IMG/VR virus record: IMGVR_UViG_2974563859_000001
Length of the DNA stretch: 64,000 nt
Source of the DNA: a virus
Lineage: Duplodnaviria > Heunggongvirae > Uroviricota > Caudoviricetes
Reading direction: 5' to 3' (one strand)
The translations under genes were made by a program, and so were the position numbers. Within the stretch, counting starts at the first letter, position 1. Each line of letters starts with the position of its first letter. Under the pieces are notes generated by a model. The model saw only the letters and a list, made by a program, of their open reading frames with translations. It was not told the origin of the DNA and ran no database searches. Shown here piece after piece: positions 48,959 to 57,300 of this stretch.

Positions 48959-49837
48959 CTAAGACATTACTACTACACGGTATTGATTCAATGTAGGTGC
49001 TTGAGAGAAGCTAACAGTGATATTATTTTCATCTACTCTTACAATATCTGTACTAATATTAGCAAATGTTTCATTATCGAATACTTGTACAATAACATCA
49101 CGAGTATTAAAATTATGATTAACTGTAAAAGATGTAGCAGTTCCATCCCCAATTGTTGATACAAATTTAGGATTTAAACTACCTACAATTTTTAGACCAT
49201 CAGCGTCTGTTGCTAAACGTGAATCATTTAATTTAACTTTTAAGCTACCATCAGTATTTTGCTCTAAACCAAGACCAGCTAAGTCTGTACCTAATTTAGT
49301 CTTAGTAATTGACTTATCAATTACCTCTAATTGATTCCCAACATTAAGACCGATAGAGACATTATCAATTTTTACATTAAATGTATCATCAATATTTTCT
49401 AAACCTCTACCAGCATTAATTGTAGTTAGATCGGCGATTGACCAAGTACTATTAGTATACTTGAAAAATTGTTTATCGCTTTTGCTAAATAATAATACAC
49501 CATCACCTTTAGATGAAACATCATAGGTAACAACAAATTTAGATCCATCATATTGAACGATATCTCCAGCTTCTAGACCTTCAATTGTTCCAAATGATGG
49601 ATCAAGTGTAGTTGGATCTTTAATTACATAACGATCTCCAACAACAGGAGAATCAATTACCAATGTAGCATCAGATTGGATTGCTTTTACATCATTTTGA
49701 AAATCAAAATCAGTAATTGCTTTATCAATCTTATTTTCTACAAAGGATTTACTTACTAAATCAGATCCTTCAGTCGGACTAGGTAAATTGACAATTTTAG
49801 CCACTCCACCCAAATCAATATTACTAAGAACTTTCAT
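48959..49837 (-). CDS. putative tail fibre protein
   Basis: 292 aa; Gly/Thr/Asp-rich. Confidence 0.4.
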   Translation of the reverse strand: MKVLSNIDLGGVAKIVNLPSPTEGSDLVSKSFVENKIDKAITDFDFQNDVKAIQSDATLVIDSPVVGDRYVIKDPTTLDPSFGTIEGLEAGDIVQYDGSKFVVTYDVSSKGDGVLLFSKSDKQFFKYTNSTWSIADLTTINAGRGLENIDDTFNVKIDNVSIGLNVGNQLEVIDKSITKTKLGTDLAGLGLEQNTDGSLKVKLNDSRLATDADGLKIVGSLNPKFVSTIGDGTATSFTVNHNFNTRDVIVQVFDNETFANISTDIVRVDENNITVSFSQAPTLNQYRVVVMS

Positions 49838-49877
49838 GACAACACCATCCTTTATACCAGAATAATTTTTTGTTCTA

Positions 49878-50357
49878 TCAATCGATTATCAAAGTGAATA
49901 TTTCATCATCGTCTGTTGGAGTTTTTAATAAAATAGAATTAGTACTCTGGTCTTCAGTATAGTCAATATTTAAGTCTTGAAATACACCATTCCTATATAT
50001 TTTTAATGAACCACCAGTATTAAAGCTAAAAGGTACTGTAAAAGATGATTGACCTTTTAATGGAGTTATTGTTTCTCTTTTCTTACTATTAGATCCATCA
50101 GTTATAGGTTTAAATATTGAACCATTCCAAATATAAATTTTATAATTATCTTTTGTAAGATATAATTTATTTTGTATTTTTTCAGTTAAGGAATTTAATT
50201 CATCTTCACTTTCTACAACTATAAGATCTGATATTTTTAATTTTTGTCCATTGCTTCCTACTATATATAAATTTCTTTCATTAGTAAAAATAATAGTTCC
50301 TATAGTATTAATTGAATTTAATAATGATTCTTTAATAGCTCTAAATGATAATTTCAA
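49878..50357 (-). CDS. putative tail fibre / structural protein
   Basis: 159 aa. Confidence 0.35.
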   Translation of the reverse strand: MKLSFRAIKESLLNSINTIGTIIFTNERNLYIVGSNGQKLKISDLIVVESEDELNSLTEKIQNKLYLTKDNYKIYIWNGSIFKPITDGSNSKKRETITPLKGQSSFTVPFSFNTGGSLKIYRNGVFQDLNIDYTEDQSTNSILLKTPTDDDEIFTLIID

Positions 50358-50402
50358 TTATTTTACCTCCTTATTCTTTTAGTTAATAATTTTTTAAAAA
50401 AT

Positions 50403-50765
50403 TTATAAATTAAATTCTTCCCATTCAAGAGATACACTATCACTTGCAATAAATTTTTCTTCTGCTAAAGAGTATGATAGAATCGACTTATCTTTTATGT
50501 TTGTCATATCTACATCTGACATTTCAGATAATTTGGAAATAATTTTCTTTGCTTCCCATTTATTACTAACAGAATTGTAAGTTAGAACGAATCCATTCTC
50601 AATAGTTGGGTTAATACTAACATCATATAGAGAAGAAAGGTTTAACTTACTTTCGATCTCTTGAATAATTCTATCAGGAGACCATGCATGATCGGTTCCA
50701 GTAGTATTATCATCTATAACAATACCGCTTACTTTATTTTGGTAAAATCTAGGCACTATAATCAC
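50403..50765 (-). CDS. putative structural protein
   Basis: 120 aa. Confidence 0.35.
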   Translation of the reverse strand: MIIVPRFYQNKVSGIVIDDNTTGTDHAWSPDRIIQEIESKLNLSSLYDVSINPTIENGFVLTYNSVSNKWEAKKIISKLSEMSDVDMTNIKDKSILSYSLAEEKFIASDSVSLEWEEFNL

Positions 50766-50887
50766 ATCCCTATATTATTTAGATTTTAATAAGTTGTTCT
50801 CGTTTGTTCTAACTATTATTAATTCTTTTTAAAATTTAAAAGAATAGATAACAGTTATATAGTTTGGAGAAATTTCAAACTAAAAAA

Positions 50888-50901
50888 TAAATATATATTA
50901 T
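50888..50901 (+). promoter_or_regulatory. TAAATATATATTAT promoter-like motif
   Basis: About 85 nt upstream of the ATG at 50986, in a divergent intergenic region. Confidence 0.4.
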
Positions 50902-50985
50902 TTTATTGAAAAATCTAAGATAATAGGTAACAAGCTATTACTTTAGATTAAATAAAAATTATTTATATTACAGGAGGAATTTATC

Positions 50986-51753
50986 ATGGCATTGAAAAAG
51001 AAAGTAGTTCGCCCTAAAACATCTGGAGAAGTAGCGGCAGAAAAAGCAAAAGAGGAAGAAGTACAACAGCCAGTAGTAGAAACAACTGAGGAACCTAAAG
51101 TAGAAGCTAAAGAAGAAAAGAAAGCTACACCTAAGAAAAATGTTGCTAAAGCTACTAAAGAAGAAAAAGCTGAAGCTACATATACCGAAGAAAAACAAGA
51201 AGAGCCAGTAGAAGAAGTAGTTGAGGAACCTAAAGAAGAGAAAAAAGAAACTAAAACATCTCCTAAGAAAAAACCAGCAAGTAAAAAAGAAGCTAATAAA
51301 ACTATTGCTCTTAAATCAGTTAATGACTCAGAAGAAGAAAGTGATAACTCTGGTGGTCGTCGTGCTACTAGAAAATCTGTAATGAAACAAGTTCAAAAAC
51401 ATTTGGAAGATCAAGGAATTTCTATCACCCTAGACGCAGTTACAACTGTTGTAGGTGCTTTTGAAGAAGTTCTAGATGAAGTAACAAATCATAAAGATTT
51501 CAAATTCATGAACTCAATGATTAAACGTCAAGAGCGTTCTGGACAAGTTTATAAATCTCCAAAGGCTGGATATGATTCCTATAAAGCTGATCGTGTAGTA
51601 AAAACATTTACAAAAGATACAACTAATGTAGACAAGTTCCGTGGGCAATATCTGAAAGATGAAGGTAAATTTATTGCTGATGGTAAGTTCAACTATGACA
51701 CTGGTGAATTTGATCCAGTAGAACTTGAAATTGAAGTTGGTAAGAAAAAATAA
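50986..51753 (+). CDS. HU/IHF-like DNA-binding protein with long Lys/Glu/Ala-rich N-terminal tail
   Basis: C-terminal ISITLDAVTTVVGAFEEVL...KRQERSGQVYKSPKAG resembles the HU fold (R.ER.G..P.TG). N-terminal KEEK/PKK repeats. Confidence 0.45.
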   Translation: MALKKKVVRPKTSGEVAAEKAKEEEVQQPVVETTEEPKVEAKEEKKATPKKNVAKATKEEKAEATYTEEKQEEPVEEVVEEPKEEKKETKTSPKKKPASKKEANKTIALKSVNDSEEESDNSGGRRATRKSVMKQVQKHLEDQGISITLDAVTTVVGAFEEVLDEVTNHKDFKFMNSMIKRQERSGQVYKSPKAGYDSYKADRVVKTFTKDTTNVDKFRGQYLKDEGKFIADGKFNYDTGEFDPVELEIEVGKKK

Positions 51754-51761
51754 TATAAGAT

Positions 51762-51798
51762 AATGAAGGTAAATGAGATAATCTCATTTACCTTCATT
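51762..51798 (+). terminator. strong hairpin downstream of the HU-like gene
   Basis: aatgaaggtaaatgagat/atctcatttaccttcatt. Confidence 0.5.
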
Positions 51799-51857
51799 AA
51801 TATTGTAAGGGGAATTATTTTTTGGATGAAGAAAATAAAGATTAAGGGGATCTATAT

Positions 51858-52355
51858 ATGAGACCAGATTTTACTGATAGAAATATTATCTATAATAAAA
51901 ACATTTACGGAATAGGATATTATAATAAAAAGAGAAAGAGATATGAATGGTTAGATGAATCTGTAAGTAATCTTCCGTTATTTACTTTTTCATTGAGAGA
52001 TCTGATTAGACTAATTTCAAGAGATGAACAATCTAAATTAGACAATGGTTGGGAAATTTATCAAATGAAAGTAACTCTGGAGGATATTTCAAATATTTCG
52101 GGATCACCAACAGACCTAGAAAATTTAATGGTTAGTATGTCTAAAGAAATTTGTTTTCCAGTCATTAATAGAATCTATTTTGCTATTTTTAATGGAGAAG
52201 GAGTTTATTGGACACTTGACTCATTAAGTAAAAATCTTGACAACCAGAAATTTGTTAAATTTGAAATTACTGAAATGCCTACACTAGTTGAGAGAACCAA
52301 TGACCATTATATTACCTTAAATAATTGTAGTTATGATATAACTATTTTAAACTAA
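51858..52355 (+). CDS. hypothetical protein
   Basis: 165 aa. Confidence 0.45.
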   Translation: MRPDFTDRNIIYNKNIYGIGYYNKKRKRYEWLDESVSNLPLFTFSLRDLIRLISRDEQSKLDNGWEIYQMKVTLEDISNISGSPTDLENLMVSMSKEICFPVINRIYFAIFNGEGVYWTLDSLSKNLDNQKFVKFEITEMPTLVERTNDHYITLNNCSYDITILN

Positions 52356-52410
52356 TTCTTAAAATGATTTAATAGATATATAAGATTTATTTTTGGGAGG
52401 AAATATAACA

Positions 52411-53361
52411 ATGAAAAAGGTTTTATATGCAATAGGAACACCATTAGGAGAAACTGGTAAATTTAGTTTTATACCTAATGCCAATAATGATGGTCCAATG
52501 TTTGTTGAAGATAAAGAAAAATTGATTAAACTAATTTCAGATGATCCAGTAGCTTTTGATACATGGAATATATACGAATTTCCAGTGTTAGTGCATGACA
52601 TAGACTATTATAGTGATTTTAGAGAAAAATCTTCTTTTACTTTAAGAAAAAATGAAAAATTTACTTGTTACTATAATAGTATTACTAAAGAGTTATTATG
52701 GAATTTTAAGCCTGATGAATTATTATGTGGAAAACCTGTTAGAATAACGATTTTAGATAATCCTAGAATTATTAATGATAAAATAATCAATGACAATACC
52801 AATTATACTTCAAGAATTTCAGAAGATATTCTTGAATTTAATTTCGATTTATTTATGAAAGTACAAAGAGAGATTTATTTAAAATATGAATTAAATACTA
52901 AAGATGAAGGAATTCACTTAACTGATAGATATTTTATGCAAATCTTTGAAGAGATTCATGAAGTAAAAAGAGAAGAAAATGATATGAAGGTAATAGAAGA
53001 AATATTAGATATTGTTATGTACCTCGGAAGTACATATTGTACATTTGATAAAAACCTAATTGATCATGGTAAAAAAGTTTTTGTCAAGAAAGGCTATGAA
53101 TATGGTTTTACTAAAAGAGATATTCACACTTTAATGGATAGAGTATCTTCTAGTTTAATGGTTGTAAGACGTTTGTATCCAGAAAGAAAATGGCATAGAA
53201 AGAATAGTAATACTATTGAAAACAGAGATAAAATTGCTATGGATACAATTAGAGAATTAATTTGGGAATTATTAGAATATGTATTATTCATTAATCTAAA
53301 TGGATTTAATGGTGTTATTGATTCTATGATGATTACTAAGCAACTAAAAAATCTAAAATAA
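52411..53361 (+). CDS. protein with MazG-like all-alpha NTP pyrophosphohydrolase domain
   Basis: FEEIHEVKREEN....EEILDIVMYL (EExxE / EExxD). Confidence 0.4.
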   Translation: MKKVLYAIGTPLGETGKFSFIPNANNDGPMFVEDKEKLIKLISDDPVAFDTWNIYEFPVLVHDIDYYSDFREKSSFTLRKNEKFTCYYNSITKELLWNFKPDELLCGKPVRITILDNPRIINDKIINDNTNYTSRISEDILEFNFDLFMKVQREIYLKYELNTKDEGIHLTDRYFMQIFEEIHEVKREENDMKVIEEILDIVMYLGSTYCTFDKNLIDHGKKVFVKKGYEYGFTKRDIHTLMDRVSSSLMVVRRLYPERKWHRKNSNTIENRDKIAMDTIRELIWELLEYVLFINLNGFNGVIDSMMITKQLKNLK

Positions 53362-53387
53362 AAGTTGTTATAAAGGGAGAGACTAAG

Positions 53388-53744
53388 ATGGCTGAATATT
53401 TGAAAATACCTAGTAAATTTAATGAAATTATAGAATTATTGAATAAACATGAATATAAAGATATTACTTGGAGTACTACACATGGATTTTACATTAGAGA
53501 CTGCGCTGGATCGTCCATTGACGTTAGATTTAATTTTAATATTAATAGATTTCTCGTGACTATAAGAGGAAGAAATTATGAAAATATTAATATTGATGAA
53601 TTACAAAAATATATTGACGAATTAAATGAGACTAAAAATCTAATTGATAAATTAAATAAGCTTCTTGAAGTAGATGATATCCCTGTACCAGATCTAGATA
53701 GTGGTACTCCCACTGAAAAAACTGAAGATGGACATGATTTTTAA
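53388..53744 (+). CDS. hypothetical protein
   Basis: 118 aa. Confidence 0.45.
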   Translation: MAEYLKIPSKFNEIIELLNKHEYKDITWSTTHGFYIRDCAGSSIDVRFNFNINRFLVTIRGRNYENINIDELQKYIDELNETKNLIDKLNKLLEVDDIPVPDLDSGTPTEKTEDGHDF

Positions 53745-53765
53745 TAATAATTAATAGGGGGATTA

Positions 53766-54173
53766 ATGAAAATGAAGATGGATAATTGGTCAACTTTAAG
53801 ACAGCGCTTAGTTGAGATTTATATTGGAGAAGTTGCCTGTAAGAAAGAAATTCAACATGTTCATAATGTCTTAAAAGAAATAGAAAGATTAAATGCTTTA
53901 GCATTAAATCCATTTGACAGGGCTTTAAAATTATTAAATGAATATAATAACTCTGGTTTTGAATCTTTACAAGATGACTATAAGCTTATCTTCTCAATTA
54001 AAGATTGTTTTGAAAATAGAATTTCAGAAGAACGGAGATGGTCTATGTTAAAATTTTATTTAAAGCTTAAATTAAAAGAAAATTATGAACACAATGATCC
54101 AGAATTAATTCCTTATCTAGAATCTACATTGAAACTTATGGATAATCTTGAAATGGAAGTTAATAATCATTAA
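53766..54173 (+). CDS. hypothetical protein
   Basis: 135 aa. Confidence 0.45.
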   Translation: MKMKMDNWSTLRQRLVEIYIGEVACKKEIQHVHNVLKEIERLNALALNPFDRALKLLNEYNNSGFESLQDDYKLIFSIKDCFENRISEERRWSMLKFYLKLKLKENYEHNDPELIPYLESTLKLMDNLEMEVNNH

Positions 54174-54355
54174 TTTTAATGAAAATAATTAACAAGAAAA
54201 TAATAATGGGTAATAAGGGTTATAATAATATAACTCTTATTATTCTATTATTAATATTAAAATATTAATTTTTTTATTATATAAACAATATTATATAATA
54301 TAATTTATAAATAATTATTTTTTTTTTATTTTATAAGTAAAGAAGGTGAAATAGT

Positions 54356-57300
54356 ATGCCAATGAGAGTATTACCAAAATTCGTTAAGAATGTAGGTAGA
54401 TCACTTGGAAGATCAACAGCTTCAGCATTTGGTGATATGATGCCTAGTATGAAGAATTCAGGCATTGATAGTAAAAATTATATTGCTGAAGTATATAATT
54501 CTTCCAGAGAAAAAGTAACTCCTAATGAAGTTAAACAGACCTACATTTATAAATCTGGACAGCAATTAATTAATAATGCAATTAGAGATCTTAAATCAGG
54601 TAATTTCTATAATAAAGAAAGACAACAACAAGCATCTAATGATTCTTTCAAAGAGATGTTTGGTATTGATTTAGATAATCTTACTAATTTTGAAGATCAA
54701 AATAAAGAAACAACAAAAGAAAAAGATGGAAAAACTATTCACAATACCAGCAATAACACTCAACAAAATGTTTTTGTGAATAATAGTGATCCATCTACTT
54801 CTAAAAGCATTCAGCAATTAACAACTATTTCATCTTCAGCTATGAAGATGAGTCATTATAATTCTAGTGCTTTGAGTAAACAAATTTCTACATTAATTGA
54901 ATTCCAGCATAATAACACTAACAGATTCTATACAGAGATGTCAAGTAAAATGGCTGATATTACAAGAGATGTTAGTCAGATGACCGGATTCCTTGGTGTA
55001 ATGGCTGAGGTTTCAGTAGGTGGAACTAGAAGAACACAAGGCGAGTCCATGCTTGCAACATTATTAGGGTTAGAAGGATTTAGTGTTAGTGGAATGAAGG
55101 ATATGTATAGGAAAAAATATTCTAATTCTACTGGTGGAATGAAAGATACATTTAATCTTGTTATTAAACCTTATATTGATGAAGTTGTTGCAAATCCAAT
55201 TGGAGCTTTAACTAAAAATGCAATTAAGTTAGCTTTACCAAGAGCTTTAAAATCGGCTGTTGGTGATATGGATCAAATGTTTAAATTTCTTCCTACTATG
55301 ATCCAAGGAAAAGCTAAAGATTGGGAAGGTAGCGATAATGTCTTTAAGAGAAATGCCGCAAAAATATTTGGCATTGATCTAAAAGAAGATAAGGGATTTA
55401 ACTTTTCTAATTATGAAAAAGGAAAGGTAGCATTTGACGGTGTAACTAGACGTTCTATTGTTAATGTAATTCCATCATTGTTATCTAAAATTTTGGCTAG
55501 TGTTAGCAATAATTCAACTCATAAAGAAGAACTTATTTATGATTATGATAAAGGAAAATTTACTACTAGAAAACGTGTAATAAAAGAAATGAATAGTGAT
55601 ATTAAAAACTTCACTATTGATAACTACGATCTTACTAATTATAAAGAACAGATTGCAAGAGAGAATCAATCTAAATTTTCAAGCAGTGAAGAATTATCTG
55701 CTTTTATGGAAAGAGTTGATAAAGCTCTTTTATCCATGGTTAAAAATAGCAAAATGATTCATGGTAATAGCAAGGCATCTGATATTTCGGAGGACGAAGA
55801 TGTTGCTAATGCTATCTTAAATAACTTCAAGGGTCAAACAAATGCTAATAAGTCTAAATATCAATATGACCTGCTAAGTGCTTCAAAAGCTTATTCTGAT
55901 ATTTATAGAAGAATTGAGCAAAATGAATCATTCAATAATGCCTTTGATATGACAAAAGAAGAAAGAATATTTGAACCTGAAACTAATAAAGAAATGGCTA
56001 GAAGGGTAAAAACAAATATTGATAGATTCTTTGGCGTTGGTCAAGGTCCAGTAGAAAATAATATGAGTAAAAAGAATCCTCTTTATTGGTTAACTGAAGG
56101 TATCAAGAGAGTTAATGGAAAAACTTCTGAATTTTTTTATGGTCAGGATAATAATGAATATGCATATACTAGACCTCAACAACCTTCTTCTAATCAGCAA
56201 AATACAGTAAATAGAGGATCTAAGATAAGAGATTTTGCTAGTAGAGTAGTAAATACAGGAAGTAATGCTATTTCTAAATTAAATACAAGAAATGGTTTAA
56301 TGCCTGAGAGAAGAACTTCACCTTCAATTCCTGTTATTTCAAATACTGAGGATACTAGTAGTAACAATACAACAAGAGAATTAAGTAATTTAAATCAAAA
56401 TATCGAAGAAGTAAATAATGAAATTAGTGGAGATAGAGGTATCACCAGAAGTATCTTCCTGTTAAATAGAAATATTGAACGTAATAATAGGATTATGGAA
56501 GGTAGAAATGATGAGAAAACATCCTCTTCTACTAATTCAACTGCCATTAGAACTACGAATGTACAAAACCCAGATCTTTCCATTCTCCCTAAGATTAATG
56601 ATAATATTCTTCATATTATAGCATTACTAGAAGCTAAATTTAGTGGAGATGGCTTACCAGTAGGTAGGATTGGAAAATTCAAAAATATTATTGGTAGTTA
56701 TAAGGATAAAACTCTTAATTTCTTTGAAAAGTTATTTGGAAGAGGAAGATCTAATTCAGGAGGTTTCTTCTCTAGAACAGCAGAAAAAGTTAAAGGCTTT
56801 ATTGGAATGGTATTTGGTAATTCAGGTTCCAGAACTTCACTTTTATCTAAATTATTTGGTGGTGCAATGGATTCTATTAGAGGTGCTAATGGAAGACAAT
56901 CTATTACATCAAGACTTCTAGGAAGAGATGGCATTATCACCAAGTTTGTTTCTGGTACATTAACAACTGTTTTGGATGTTGCGTCTAAAACAATTCCAAA
57001 AGCAACTAAATTTGCAGGAGAGGTAACAAAAGGATTTTTAAATTTTGGTAAAAGTGCTTTTTCACTAATACTTGGAGCAGGTAAAAAAGGATTAGATAAA
57101 GCTAAAGAACTTCGATCAAATAGATCTGCAAGTAGAGCAGGAAGAAGCGGAAATAGAAATATTAAAGGAATGAGAGGCTTACTTGGTCTTTTAACAAGTA
57201 CTACTGGGAGTGTTATAGGAGGAGCAGGTAGCCTTATTGGTGGAAGCTTAAGCCTTGGTATGAGAGGCATTTCAAAAGTAGGAGATATCGCTTCAGGTAT

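Noticed and set aside
50968-51198. 76-aa Phe-rich minus-strand ORF
   Set aside because: Antisense to the Lys/Glu-rich tail of the HU-like gene.
56698-57270. 190-aa Pro/Leu-rich minus-strand ORF, with others at 56395-56583, 56670-56921 and 57559-57792
   Set aside because: Shadow ORFs inside the Gly/Ser/Arg-rich repeat region of the giant gene.
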